Source: Eledone cirrhosa (lineage: Eukaryota). Taken from it: a DNA stretch of 64,000 nucleotides. The notes below the pieces were generated by a model. The model was not told the origin of the DNA. It worked only from the letters and a program-made list of their open reading frames with translations, and searched no databases. The stretch's first letter is position 1. Every line of letters begins with the position of its first letter. This document shows, in pieces, positions 11,321 through 25,094 of this stretch. Location: positions 10,106,001-10,170,000 of the forward strand of contig OZ024756.1 in NCBI GenBank assembly GCA_964016885.1, read 5' to 3'. The translations under genes were made by a program, and so were the position numbers.

Positions 11321-13578
11321 CAGGTCAGGCTTCTGTCTGCTACTGGTACCTTGTAATCCAGTACAACCTGCATCATGGTTGTGTGGTCAACAACTAAACC
11401 AGATCCCCCACCAGAGCATGGTCTGGTCAGGTCAGGCTTCTGTCTGTTACTGGTACCTTGTAATCCAATACAACCTGCTTCATGGTTGTGTGGTCAACAA
11501 CTAAACCAGCTCTTTCACCAGAGCATGGTCTGGTCAGGTCAGGCTTCTGTCTGTTACTGGTACCTTGTAATCCAGTACAACCTGCTTCATGGTTGTGTGG
11601 TCAACAACTAAACCAGCTCCCCCACCAGAGCATGGTCAGGTCAGGCTTCTGTCTGCTACTGGTACCATGTAATCCAATACAACCTGCTTCATGGTTGTGT
11701 GGTCAACAACTAAACCAGCTCTTTCACCAGAGTATGGTCTGGTCAGGTCAGGCTTCTGTCTGCTACTGGTACCATGTAATCCAATACAACCTGCTTCATG
11801 GTTGTGTGGTCAACAACTAAACCAGCTCTTTCACCAGAGCATGGTCTGGTCAGGTCAGGCTTCTGTCTGTTACTGGTACCTTGTAATCCAGTACAACCTG
11901 CTTCATGGTTGTGTGGTCAACAACTAAACCAGCTCCCCCACCAGAGCATGGTCTGGTCAGGTCAGGCTTCTGTCTACTACTGGTACCTTGTAATCCAGTA
12001 CAACCTGCTTCATGGTTGTGTGGTCAACAACTAAACCAGCTCTTTCACCAGAGCATGGTCTGGTCAGGTCAGGCTTCTGTCTGCTACTGGTACCTTGTAA
12101 TCCAGTACAACCTGCTTCATGGTTGTGTGGTCAACAACTAAACCAGCTCTTTCACCAGAGCATGGTCTGGTCAGGTCAGGCTTCTGTCTGCTACTGGTAC
12201 CTTGTAATCCAGTACAACCTGCTTCATGGTTGTGTGGTCAACAACTAAACCAGCTCTTTCACCAGAGCATGGTCTGGTCAGGTCAGGCTTCTGTCTACTA
12301 CTGGTACCTTGTAATCCAGTACAACCTGCTTCATGGTTGTGTGGTCAACAACTAAACCAGCTCTTTCACCAGAGCATGGTCTGGTCAGGTCAGGCTTCTG
12401 TCTGCTACTGGTACCTTGTAATCCAGTACAACCTGCTTCATGGTTGTGTGGTCAACAACTAAACCAGCTCTTTCACCAGAGCATGGTCTGGTCAGGTCAG
12501 GCTTCTGTCTGCTACTGGTACCTTGTAATCCAGTACAACCTGCTTCATGGTTGTGTGGTCAACAACTAAACCAGCTCTTTCACCAGAGCATGGTCTGGTC
12601 AGGTCAGGCTTCTGTCTGCTACTGGTACCATGTAATCCAATACAACCTGCTTCATGGTTGTGTGGTCAACAACTAAACCAGCTCTTTCACCAGAGCATGG
12701 TCTGGTCAGGTCAGGCTTCTGTCTGTTACTGGTACCTTGTAATCCAGTACAACCTGCTTCATGGTTGTGTGGTCAACAACTAAACCAGCTCCCCCACCAG
12801 AGCATGGTCTGGTCAGGTCAGGCTTCTGTCTACTACTGGTACCTTGTAATCCAGTACAACCTGCTTCATGGTTGTGTGGTCAACAACTAAACCAGCTCCC
12901 CCACCAGAGCATGGTCTGGTCAGGTCAGGCTTCTGTCTACTACTGGTACCTTGTAATCCAGTACAACCTGCTTCATGGTTGTGTGGTCAACAACTAAACC
13001 AGCTCTTTCACCAGAGCATGGTCTGGTCAGGTCAGGCTTCTGTCTGCTACTGGTACCTTGTAATCCAGTACAACCTGCTTCATGGTTGTGTGGTCAACAA
13101 CTAAACCAGCTCTTTCACCAGAGCATGGTCTGGTCAGGTCAGGCTTCTGTCTGCTACTGGTACCTTGTAATCCAGTACAACCTGCTTCATGGTTGTGTGG
13201 TCAACAACTAAACCAGCTCCCCCACCAGAGCATGGTCTGGTCAGGTCAGGCTTCTGTCTACTACTGGTACCTTGTAATCCAGTACAACCTGCTTCATGGT
13301 TGTGTGGTCAACAACTAAACCAGCTCTTTCACCAGAGCATGGTCTGGTCAGGTCAGGCTTCTGTCTACTACTGGTACCTTGTAATCCAGTACAACCTGCT
13401 TCATGGTTGTGTGGTCAACAACTAAACCAGCTCTTTCACCAGAGCATGGTCTGGTCAGGTCAGGCTTCTGTCTGCTACTGGTACCTTGTAATCCAGTACA
13501 ACCTGCTTCATGGTTGTGTGGTCAACAACTAAACCAGCTCCCCCACCAGAGCATGGTCTGGTCAGGTCAGGCTTCTGC
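11321..13578. repeat. 107-bp tandem repeat, ~21 copies
   Basis: Period 107 (ORF-track starts step by 107); unit contains GGTCAGGTCAGGCTTCTGTCTG..GGTACC..CAACCTGCTTCATGGTTGTGTGGTCAAC. Confidence 0.97.
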
Positions 13579-14239
13579 CTGCTTCATGATGGAGTGGTCA
13601 GAAACTAAACTGGCTCCTCTACCAGATGATGGTCTGGTTAAGAAGGTAAGTGGAACCCCAGCAACACAAAAGGGTCAAAGGCTGTCCACCTCAACTATAG
13701 GTTAAATAGCCTCACCAACCTGCAATTGGCCAAGCGTGATAATACCCCTGACATGACCGAAATCAAACAGAAAGTGGTGGAGGTCAACCCGGAAGGGGTT
13801 TCTCCAACAGGAGTGTGAAGACCCTGGATTGGAATCATCTAATGTCAACCTGCTCCATCAACATGTCATTGTCTCGCACCTATTTTCCCTGCCAACAAAG
13901 TTTGGACATGTACTTGGATGATTTTATTGGGGTTTCATAACTACCACCTTATAAAGTGGACTGGGTGCTTTTTGTTGAAGCACCAGTACTGCCACCTTAT
14001 AGAGTGAAGTGGGAGCGTTTCGTGGAGGCACCAGCACTACCATTTTACAGGGTGAACTGGGTGCTTTTCCTTGTGTCACATGATGTAGAGACAACAGTCA
14101 GTGTAACTAGGCAAGTGATATGGTGAGAAGGGGAAAGAGACATATAGATATTGAGTTGAACCAATTGGACCCTTGAACCCCTTGGAATTACAAATGATGA
14201 AGTTGTGGTTATCATTAGAGCTAATAGCAGATTTATATG

Positions 14240-14537
14240 TAGTAAAAGTTATGTTGGTGCCACATCCAGGCCGAAACAAATGAGGTCGTGTAGGTGTCAC
14301 GACAAAAAAAAAACACAGTCCACGCTGTAATGTGGCCATGTAGGCAACACGGTAAAAACCTCCCAGTCCCACACTGTAAACGTGGTTGGTGTTAGGAAGG
14401 GCACCCAGCCATAGAAAACCCGCCAGACAGTCCTATGCTAGCAAGACAACCACTCTTGCCTCAAGTGGGAAAACTCCCGTCCAAACCCATGCAAGCGTGG
14501 AATATGGACGTTAAACGATGATGATGATGATGATGAT
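14240..14537 (+). mobile_element. RTE 3' UTR fragment (subfamily B)
   Basis: Matches 1-250 and the reverse complement of 62644-62945; (GAT)n tail. Confidence 0.8.
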
Positions 14538-14661
14538 AGAGGAGCACAAGATTTGAGCAAGTAACAATAGCTGATAGAGGTCCTTACAGTTAACAAAGAA
14601 GAGCAGAATATGTTTTAAACCAAAACTAAAGAGGATTGATTTAGGATTGGTTTTGTTGGCT

Positions 14662-16710
14662 GCGATGGTAGTGTTGGGGTTACCTGGAGCTAATGAGGGC
14701 AGTGAGGGGTTGGTTGTGATGGTAGTGTTGGGGTTACCTGGAGCTAATGAGGGCAGTGAGGGGTTGGTTGTGATGGTAGTGTTGGGGTTACCTGGAGCTA
14801 ATGAGGGCAGTGAGGGGTTGGTTGTGATGGTAGTGTTGGGGTTACCTGGAACTAATGAGGGCAGTGAAGGGTTCGTTGTGATGGTAGTGTTGGGGTTACC
14901 TGGAGTTAATGAGGGCAGTGAGGGGTTGGTTGTGATGGTAGTGTTGGGGTTACCTGGAGTTAATGAGGGCAGTGAAGGGTTGGTTGTGATGGTAGTGTTG
15001 GGGTTACCTGGAGCTAATGAGGGCAGTGAGGGGTTGGTTGTGATGGTAGTGTTGGGGTTACCTGGAACTAATGAGGGCAGTGAAGGGTTGGTTGTGATGG
15101 TAGTGTTGGGGTTACCTGGAGCTAATGAGGGCAGTGAAGGGTTGGTTGTGATGGTAGTGTTGGGGTTACCTGGAGTTAATGAGGGCAGTGAAGGGTTGGT
15201 TGTGATGGTAGTGTTGGGGTTACCTGGAGCTAATGAGGGCAGTGAGGGGTTGGTTGTGATGGTAGTGTTGGGGTTACCTGGAGCTAATGAGGGCAGTGAA
15301 GAGTTGGTTGTGATGGTAGTGTTGGGGTTACCTGGAGTTAATGAGGGCAGTGAGGGGTTGGTTGTGATGGTAGAGTTGGAATTACCTGGAGTTAATGAGA
15401 GAGGTGAGGGTTGGTTGTGATGGTAGTGTTGGGGTTACCTGGAGCTAATGAGGGCAGTGAGGGGTTGGCTGTGATGGTAGTGTTGGGGTTACCTGGAATT
15501 AATGAGGGCAGTGAAGGGTTGGTTGTGATGGTAGAGTTGGGGTTACCTGGAGCTAATGAGGGCAGTGAAGGGTTGGTTGTGATGGTAGTGTTGGGGTTAC
15601 CTGGAGCTAATGAGGGCAGTGAAGGGTTGGTTGTGATGGTAGTGTTGGGGTTACCTGGAGTGAATGAGGGCAGTGAAGGGTTGGTTGTGATGGTAGTGTT
15701 GGGGTTACCTGGAGCTAATGAGGGCAGTGAGGGGTTGGTTGTGATGGTAGTGTTGGGGTTACCTGGAGCTAATGAGGGCAGTGAAGAGTTGGTTGTGATG
15801 GTAGTGTTGGGGTTACCTGGAGTTAATGAGGGCAGTGAGGGGTTGGTTGTGATGGTAGAGTTGGAATTACCTGGAGTTAATGAGAGAGGTGAGGGTTGGT
15901 TGTGATAGTAGTGTTGGGGTTACCTGGAGCTAATGAGGGCAGTGAGGGGTTGGCTGTGATGGTAGTGTTGGGGTTACCTGGAATTAATGAGGGCAGTGAA
16001 GGGTTGGTTGTGATGGTAGAGTTGGGGTTACCTGGAGTTAATGAGGGCAGTGAGGGTTGGTTGTGATGGTAGTGTTGGGGTTACCTGGAATTAATGAGGG
16101 CAGTGAAGGGTTGGTTGTGATGGTAGAGTTGGGGTTACCTGGAGCTAATGAGGGCAGTGAAGGGTTGGTTGTGATGGTAGTGTTGGGGTTACCTGGAGCT
16201 AATGAGGGCAGTGAGGGGTAGGTTGTGATGGTAGTGTTGGGGTTACCTTGAACTAATGAGGGCAGTGAGGGGTTGGTTGTGATGGTAGTGTTGGGGTTAC
16301 CTGGAGCTAATGAGGGCAGTGAGGGGTTGGTTGTGATGGTAGTGTTGGGGTTACCTGGAACTAATGAGGGCAGTGAAGGGTTGGTTGTGATGGTAGTGTT
16401 GGGGTTACCTGGAGCTAATGAGGGCAGTGAGGGGTTGGTTGTGATGGTAGTGTTGGGGTTACCTGGAGCTAATGGGGGAAGTGAGGGGTTGGTTGTGATG
16501 GTAGTGTTGGGGTTACCTGGAGCTAATGAGGGCAGTGAGGGGTTGGTTATGATGGTTGTTTTGAGGTTACCTGGAGCTAATGAGGGCAGTGAGGGGTTGG
16601 TTGTGATGGTAGTGTTGGGGTTACCTGGAGTTAATGAGAGAGGTGAGGGTTGGTTGTGATGGTAGTGTTAGGGTTACCTGGAGCTAATGAGGGAGGTGAA
16701 GGGTTGGTTA
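14662..16710. repeat. 54-bp G-rich minisatellite, ~38 copies
   Basis: Unit GATGGTAGTGTTGGGGTTACCTGGAGCTAATGAGGGCAGTGAGGGGTTGGTTGT. Confidence 0.97.
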
Positions 16711-17261
16711 AGGGTTGATTTTGTTGGCTGTAGCGGTAGTGTTTGGGGTACATGGAACTAAATATCAAACTATGTTTATATTGGAAATGTTCAAACTCTG
16801 TAGAAACGGCCATAGTCTTAAGTCAGTCACATAAATTGTTCCACTTAATCAAACACTAATTATAAGAATGTTAATTAACAAACCTGATAGTTACATCATT
16901 ATTTCAAATTAAAGAATATTATATTTCTACTTGTATTTTATTTTATCCCTTTCGTCTCATCCCTTTCATCACATCTTCATTTCATCCCTTTCATCCCACT
17001 CCTTTCGTCTCATCCCTTTCATCACATCTTCATTTCATCCCTTTCATCCCACTCCTTTCGTCTCATCCCTTTCATCACATCTTCATCTCATCATACGTCT
17101 TTTTTTCATTTTACTGTACTTTAACACCCCACCTAACCACCCTACCCACCTAACCACTCTACCCACTCTACCCACCCTAAACACTTCTACCCACACTACC
17201 CACCCTAACCACCACTACCACCCTACCCACTCTAAATGTGATATTTCTTACCCTATTTCAG

Positions 17262-17627
17262 TATCCAATAACAACCAGAGATATGCTAACTGCACAAAAT
17301 TAGAAAAACTGAAACCTGGAAGTTCTTTAAATGGTTTGGAACATATTCTACCATGCAATAAACCAGGCCATTTGATATCTTCTTCAAATAGCATCAATCA
17401 TATTTGTGGTTCCTATGAAAAGATGGCCACCAGGTCAAGTAACGGCAGTTTATTCCATCCACTAGAGACTTCTATGGTGCCAAATACTAACGAACATTCG
17501 CAGCCTTCTGATAATTTTCTCATAATGAACTCACACAATCCGAAACCTAAAAAGAAACGACAACGACAGTATACATATGAACACTCAACAAGAGACCAAG
17601 CCACTAACACTGACCTCAGTAGTAATG
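17262..17627 (+). CDS. Coding exon C of the same gene
   Basis: TTTCAG acceptor and AATG|GTAAGT donor. 366 nt open (VSNNNQRYANCTK...KPKKKRQRQYTYEHSTRDQATNTDLSSN); phase 1 to phase 1. Confidence 0.8.
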
Positions 17628-17779
17628 GTAAGTTGTCATTCTTTATATTTCTTGTGAGGCCAGGTTAGGGTCTGGTTGGAGCCTCAAGTCGTATGGTTTT
17701 GGTGAACTATACTGTTTTAAGATAGTGCATAGGATTGTGGAGTATTAGGGGTAACAATAACTAGGGTAAGAATGGGATG

Positions 17780-18540
17780 GAAGAAGTTCAGGGAGCTACT
17801 GCCACTGCAAAAGGCTTTTCCCTCAAAATGTAAGGCAGACTGTATGATGCGTGTATATGAACAGCTATGTTACATGGTAGTGAGACCTGGGCACTGTCTG
17901 TGGAAGACTTGTATAGATTAGAAAGAAACGAAGCCTGCATGCTCCGATGGATGTGTAATTGTAATATACGCGAATGGCAAAGCATAAATGAATTGAGAGA
18001 GAGACTGAGCATAAGAGGAATCAAATGCAGGAGAGGTGGTTGCGTTGGTATGGACATCTGATGCGTATGGAGGATGACAGCTGCATAAAAAGGTGCAGAG
18101 CAGTAAAAGTCGATGGAAACCGCGGAGTGGGGAGACCCAAGAAGACCTGGGATGAGGTGATAAATGCCGACCTTACCCAATTACACCTCTCAAAGGCTAT
18201 GACACACAACCATGACCTATGGCGTCACGCAGTAATACAAGCCGAAGCTGTATGCCCCCACACTGCCCCACTGCAAAGTGGTCGTGGAGGTGCCACGGCA
18301 AAAAAAGCACGCAGCCCACACTGTAAAGTGGACGTGTAGGCGCCACGGAAAAAAAGCACCCAGCACGCACTGTAAATGAGGTTGGTGTTAGGAAGGGCAT
18401 CCAGCTGTAGAAATCAAGCCAGAATCAGTTCCTGTATGAGCAAGGCATGGTCAGCCGACCAGACACTGCCCACAACAGGACAACCCATCTAACCCATGCT
18501 AGCGTGGAAGACTGGACGTAAAACGGTGATGATGATGATT
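17780..18540 (+). mobile_element. RTE LINE 3' fragment (subfamily A)
   Basis: MLHGSETWAL...LERNEACMLRWMC, LRWYGHLMRM...GRPKKTW, then a 3' UTR and (GAT)n tail. Confidence 0.9.
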
Positions 18541-18825
18541 GATGGTACTTTAGGGAACTATACTGTTGGAGGATAGAGAATAGGGTTCTGGAGATTTAGG
18601 GGCTACATTGATGGGACTTTAGGGAACTATACTGTTGGAGGATAGAACATAGGGGCTACATTGATGGGACTTTAGGGAGCTATACTGTTGGAGGATAGAG
18701 CATAGGGTTCTGGAGATTTAGGGGCTACATTGATGGGACTTTAGGGAACTATACTGTTGGAGGATAGAGCATAGGGTTCTGGAGATTTAGGGGCTACATT
18801 GATGGGACTTTAGGGAACTATATTA
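18539..18825. repeat. 69-bp tandem repeat, ~4 copies
   Basis: TTGATGGGACTTTAGGGAACTATACTGTTGGAGGATAGAGCATAGGG... at 18661 and 18730; a decayed copy lies at ~17690-17760. Confidence 0.85.
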
Positions 18826-19279
18826 CTGATGTCAAATAGTTGATCAAGCTGACCTGTGATTGAAAGCTATACATTCCTACTGTGACAATCTCATTTTTGT
18901 GTCCCAACCAAAGTATCACTATAACCACATTGGTCAACGAATTCTATGGGGGACGGGGTGGGGCAGTAAAGAGTAATTTGAGTGAGATATGGCTTCTATT
19001 TGTTGAGGGTCAAATGACTCTATAAGAGGCCCACTAAATGTTTGTTATATTTTCTTCTTTGCCCTCTTATTCGTGAGAGGGTCGTAGGGAGAAAAATCTT
19101 AAGACATGCCTTCCAGAGGACCCTGTCAGATGCAACCCTCTCCAATTGATCTGGCTTAATCCCCAAATGAGACTAACTAAGCTTATGGATGTTATCCAAT
19201 TATCTTGCTCGTAGGCAACCTCTGGGTCTCTTGCCAGTTGGTTTTGCTCATAAAATTTGTCCAGGAATTCTTTTCTTAC

Positions 19280-19465
19280 GCATTCTGTAAATGAGGTTGG
19301 TGTTAGGAAGGGTACCCAGCTGTAGAAATTAAACCAAAAATCAGTCCTGTATGAGCAAGACATGGTCACCTGACCTAGCATTGCACACAACAGGACAACT
19401 CGTCTAACCTATGCTTGCATGGAAAAATGGACATAAAATGCTGATGATGATGATGATGATGATGA
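19280..19465 (+). mobile_element. RTE/SINE 3' tail fragment
   Basis: GTAAATGAGGTTGGTGTTAGGAAGGG..CAGCTGTAGAAAT...(GAT)n. Confidence 0.7.
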
Positions 19466-19921
19466 TTCTAACCACATGTCCATAGTATCAGAGCTATGAG
19501 CTCTTAATTCAGGGAAGTAGGAGTTCTGCTTGGAGTGACTCTCTGATATTCAAGTTATGCACCCTTTTGAGTAACATTACTTTGCAGAGTAGTTATATTT
19601 TCTCATCAATATGAAAAAGATATAAATAAATAATAGATTAGAACTGAATGGTGTAGAGTGGCTACTATAACTGCTCCACACATGTGTAATTCAGACACCA
19701 AGTAGGGAAGAACACACCAATCATCCATTTTGTTTTGAACTGTTTTCAATTTTTACATTTGAAAAGAGAGTAATACCCCTGAAATATACCGGGTAACAAC
19801 ATAACTTTGTTTTGTTTGTCATTCTTTGTCCTTTATATATTTTTACCACATTGTACTGACTTTCTGAAACTTAGTCATATATTTTCATAATTTTAAATTC
19901 TCTTTTTTCTTTCAATTTCAG

Positions 19922-20070
19922 AAGGCACTCTGGAATTTTCTCCTTTGAAGAAAGCCCCATCCACAGCCGATAAAGAAGTCATTTCTTCGTCATACAGTTT
20001 ATCTAATTCAAAGCCAAATATGCAGGCATTAAACACAGATACTCCAATATTAGAAGAAAATGTTTGTTGA
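19922..20070 (+). CDS. Terminal coding exon D with stop codon
   Basis: Long pyrimidine tract + TTTCAG acceptor, phase 1. Reads EGTLEFSPLKKAPSTADKEVISSSYSLSNSKPNMQALNTDTPILEENVC then TGA (20068-20070). Confidence 0.75.
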
Positions 20071-20904
20071 GAGTTAATCACCAGAGTAGTTCTTCCATAA
20101 GAATGTAATATCCTAACTTGAAAAGTGTTCAGCAACGAACACGTCACATGTCACTTGTGTCACAACTCACAACTTTGTAACAAAATGTAACCTACCAACG
20201 CAATGTGTTCGGAGATTGAATGCAAACATACAGGTTACATATATACATACATACGTACACCTTTGTAACATTTAAAACAAAACACACCATCATCATCATC
20301 ATCTTCATCATCAACTTCCTCATTCTCATCGTACATATCATCATCATCATCATCATCATCATCTTTTATAAATATCATATCATTGAAGCATAATAATAAA
20401 TTTTTCTTTATTAAATAATTCGGCGAGCAAAATTCAACTTACAAAAAATGATGAAAAAAAATAAGAACTTTTGAGAAAACTGTTCTATATTTTAATATAA
20501 AGATATATTTTGACTCCCAAACATCAAGAATGCTACTACTAATAAAAATAATATGAAGAAGAAGATGATGAAAAAAAACAATATAATTAAAAAAGAAAAA
20601 AACGGCAGTAAATAAATAAAAAGGATTTGGGCAAAATGAATAAATAAAAAAAATGTGATTTTCTGTGTTTCTTCATCTTTAGAATTGGATGAGGAATCTT
20701 AGAATATGTTGGCACTTTGTTAATTTATCGATGTAAGCCACTGACAACTTATATATTGTCTTCTTGAGACAGGATTTTTAAGTAACAAGAATACAAGAAT
20801 GGAACGGTCTAATGGAAACAATGGAGAAAAAAAATTCTTTGTGCCCTTAAGGAGAGAAACATCTTATATATACTTACACACACTCACATACATAATATAT
20901 GTAT

Positions 20905-20942
<38 letters not shown>

Positions 20943-20988
20943 GTTACAACAGGCTGAAATTTCTACCAAACTTTTACTACAGTATGTA

Positions 20989-21030
<42 letters not shown>

Positions 21031-22580
21031 CATACACACACATATATATGTGTGCATGTGTGTATTATATATAGATATATATATATATATATATACATAT
21101 GTACATTTATATATATATACCACAAAACGGGTCATTAAATCATGAATATTCTAAAATGGGGCCAACAAATATATTCTATATTTTATGAGGAACAATTTTA
21201 GTTGTTTTTTTTTTTTTGTTTTTTTTTTTATGTCTTGCTGAAATTTGGTTTCAAAAGTCTGCAGCTGCATTCCTTAAGGAAATTAACTATTTCTTCCTAG
21301 AGTTGGGTTACATCCACACACTCTCACACATACACGTGCACACACACATACACGCAAACACACAGATACACACACACACTCAAGCACACAAACGCACACA
21401 CACATTCATATCCACATTCTAATAGATACTCTCTCTGACACATACACACTGTCTCAGACATATACACACACATTTGACCACTGCAATTGTTCATCACTAC
21501 AGATCTATATAAACACACTGTTTAATCACCTTTCAAACACACATTTCAACATGAAGAGGGAGCCTCTGCATGGTCATTTGACCTGCTTGCTAGAAATAGC
21601 AGTCACATCTCCCTCTAATTACTCCCTACCATCTTAGAAAGAGAGGAGGTCAGGCAGACACATTGAAATCATAGTGTAGTCCTAGATATACAAAGAAAGA
21701 CATGGTTATGACTAGAACCTGAAATGTTTATGATCATAAGTTTTCCCTGTACAATTTATGGCTGACTTAGGGCTAAACAACATCATATCACAGCAAGTTG
21801 AGCTGCTTGTTTTGAATTAATAATTTGGGTATAAGTTATGAGAAAGGTAAATTTTTCTTAATATTAACTTCAAAATCCCAGCGAGATACATACAGCCTCT
21901 CTCTCTCTCTCTGGAGTGTCATATTTGGAAGATTGTTGATCAAAAACTCATTTACTTTGTGAAATAAAGTATTTAAACCATCTGAAGATTTTTAAAAAAA
22001 ACCGTGAAATACAGCATTTAAGTCATCTGGAGATTAAAATAAAACATCATCTTCTCTGTGAAATACAATATATGTCAGCTGGAGTTAAAACCCTTCAACA
22101 TTTAAGCTATCAAATGATAAATGAAAAATGTTTTTGTATATACAGTGTTTTGGAGATGAAAACCTAAACACAGATAATGAATATTGTCATTGAAACAGTA
22201 AGAGTTCAGCTGTCGGGTCTCCCCAACTCTTTATAATATATATTGCTGTAAAATACCCGGTCAAATTTATAGTCGTCACTGGAGCAAGGTGCAACATGGC
22301 CTGACCTGCCTCTTGAACAACCCGTCTAAGCCATGGAAGAATTGATGCGGAAATGGTGATAGAGACTCAGTAGCAACTGGTATAACTGGGAAAATGATGT
22401 ATCACTGGTCATTTTATATCACAAACTAAACTAATGATGTATCACTGGTCATTTTATATCACAAACTAAACTAATATACCATTTGTTATTGTTTTGATTT
22501 GTTTTGTTTTTCACCCCCCCCCCCCCCCCCCTCCCCTCAAATAATAATAATAATAATAATAATAAATTGTACAAATGGTA
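20071..22580 (+). other. Probable 3' UTR of the host gene (end uncertain)
   Basis: Mostly unique AT-rich sequence after the stop codon, with several AATAAA hexamers (e.g. ~20395, ~20610, ~21963, ~22561). Confidence 0.35.
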
Positions 22581-22788
22581 AATAACTTCATAAATAATAT
22601 GGCCAGTTGGTTGAAATAACAAAATACTTTCCTGGCTTTTTTTTATATGTAAAATACACCACCTATCTTTCATTTATGAAAACACATATATACATATATA
22701 TATATATAGACAGATACACACACACATATACATGCATATACACACACACATACATACACACACAGGTACACATACATATACACATGAA

Positions 22789-22821
<33 letters not shown>

Positions 22822-23046
22822 GAAAGAAAGAAGAAAAAAGCTAGGCATGTATGAGTTATTGTAAAATATATAATTTTAGTGTATATTTCTCAGACCTCAC
22901 CTTTACTGTCACATGATACGGTTATAAAGAGAAAGTTTTTTTGATATTATCATGTTGTTGTTGTTAACATTGCATTTTCATGATTGTAGTTTTTTTGGGG
23001 GAGGGGTGTCAATAAAATTATGCAGCAGTTATCTACTGGACTTGAT

Positions 23047-23222
23047 TAACCCTTTAACATTTACATTACTCTATATATACTATTATATTTTCAAGGTAAA
23101 GGATTTACTTCACATAATATCGAATCTATGAGATTTTGATGTTGTTTATTTTGAGATTAATATCAGTATGAGTGGCTAGTTAGGGCTGGTTTGAACAGAA
23201 AGTGGTTAGAGAATTCTGGCCA
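23047..23222 (+). mobile_element. piggyBac-like MITE copy (partial, no SINE insert)
   Basis: TTAACCCTTTAACATTTACATTACTCTATAT..., colinear with 1680-2070 minus the SINE. Confidence 0.6.
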
Positions 23223-23307
23223 GAGGTAGACCACAAGGAATATGTTCTCCTTTGGGAATCCAGGTGGATCATTTGGAGACAGTTGCTTCTGATAGGATCT
23301 CGTAGAG

Positions 23308-23913
23308 CAACATTCAACAACTTTTCGAACCTCACGGACCATTAAATTTATAATTTTAAATCCCGCGGACCACTAATATGAATTTTTTTGAAAAAGATAA
23401 ATACATTTGTAAAATAATGATCAGAGAACTTCTATTTTATTAAACAATCCTGAAGTGTACCTGTGTCATATTGTCAATAGGTGATATATAGGTGTAAAAT
23501 AATGATCAGAGAACTTCTATTTTATTAAACAATACTGAAGTGTACCTGTGTCATATTGTCAATAGGTGATATATAGGTGTAAAATAATGATCAGAGAACT
23601 TCTATTTTATTAAACAATACTGAAGTGTACCTGTGTCATATTGTCAATAGGTGATATATAGGTGTAAAATAATGATCAGAGAACTTCTATTTTATTAAAC
23701 AATACTGAAGTGTACCTGTGTCATATTGTTGATAGATGATACATATGTGTACAATTCTTTCATGGATGTTAGTTCTTTACTGAGGAGAAAGATTTTTAGG
23801 GGTGTTATAGAATATATTTCAACTGAATGTTATTTATGATTTATTATTAATAAAACATAAAAATTGCAAATAATGTCCAAATTTTTCTGTGAACCACTGG
23901 TTGGCGACCGCTG
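23308..23913. mobile_element. hAT (Charlie/Buster-like) non-autonomous element with internal 85-bp tandem repeat
   Basis: Near-identical 8-bp TSD TCGTAGAG / TTGTAGAG; right end GGTTGGCGACCGCTG; ~4 x 85-bp repeats at 23409-23750. Confidence 0.55.
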
Positions 23914-24789
23914 TTGTAGAGGGTATGTCTGAGGGCTGGACTCTGCTCCCACGACCTTCTCAGGAATTACAGCACAAAGAAGAAGAGAAATAAAATTATT
24001 ATTAAAATCATTCAGATATGTGATCTGCCATCGCAGTCTCTTCCTTCCACTTTTTATACTATCAACAATGGAAAGACCAATGGAAACATTGTTTCCTTGG
24101 TCCGATTTGGCAAGTCCGTCCCACTCGGTAAGCGAGTGTCTGAGACCTTTTCAATCAAACTCTATAAGATGTTGAATTGTTACTTTAAAAAATTTGATGT
24201 AATAGTTTATCTAAAATACCTCCTTAACCTTTAGCATGCTAGTAATTTGTATGAGTTGTTTCTCTATTAAGGGGAGATTATTCATATGGTGCATTTTGTC
24301 ACCTACAGTGCGCTGAAGATTAAGACACCTAAAGTAAGTTTTAAAGTAACGAGAGGAAGAGAAAGTGTCTATTTAGGTTGTAATGTTTATATATCTTTGT
24401 AAAAGTTTATTTAACTCGAAATATCAAGGCCATTAAGTGTTTTTTAAAACTAACAATTCAATACTTTTGTTCTTGTTTTTATTGATATTTCATCAGCCAA
24501 TTGGTTTGCTGTTACCTTCTAACTCGCTGTTTTTGTATGCTGAGACATTGCTGTTATCTTCTAACTCACTGTTTTTGTATGCTGAGACATTGCTGTTACC
24601 TTCTAACTCACAGATTTTGTATGATTAGACCTTGCTGTAGCCTTCTAACATACTGATTTATATGAGGGTCAGCTGAAAAGTTGACTATGAAGGATTAATG
24701 CTACAGCTGTGAAATCTTGCATGTATTAATTTCAACTCTTCTTATTAATAACTTTACTTTCACAGATTTTGTACTTCTATTACAAGTAT

Positions 24790-25075
24790 TACAAATGGAA
24801 GTTTATAGAGAAACTTGCTTAAGATAACAGCTATAATTGCTCAAAGATGGTTACAGTTTGCAGGACATTGCTGGAGAAGTAAGTTGGAAGTTATACACAA
24901 GTTACTATTGTGGGAACTCATGGGAGACACAGTAGAGGAAGACCTGCTCAAACCTTCATCAGTCAACTTTCATGTGATACAAACCTCAGTAGGGAGCAGT
25001 TGCCAGGAGCAACGGAAAATGATGAATTGTGGAGAGACTTTTTCAGGAATGTTTGACTGAGGTGACAATGATGAT
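24790..25075 (+). mobile_element. Old RTE-clade 3' fragment
   Basis: WLQFAGHCWRSKLEVIHKLLLWE motif of the RTE ORF C-terminus. Confidence 0.6.
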
Positions 25076-25094
25076 TAGAAGCAATCATGGCAAA

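Noticed and set aside
11375-13705. Series of 78-aa ORFs (MVVWSTTKP...)
   Set aside because: Artefacts of the 107-bp tandem repeat; the period is not a multiple of 3 and the array lies in an intron.
14647-16659. Repetitive 'VVMVVLGLPGANEGSEGL' protein
   Set aside because: Translation of a 54-bp minisatellite with frameshifting 53-bp units and no splice support.
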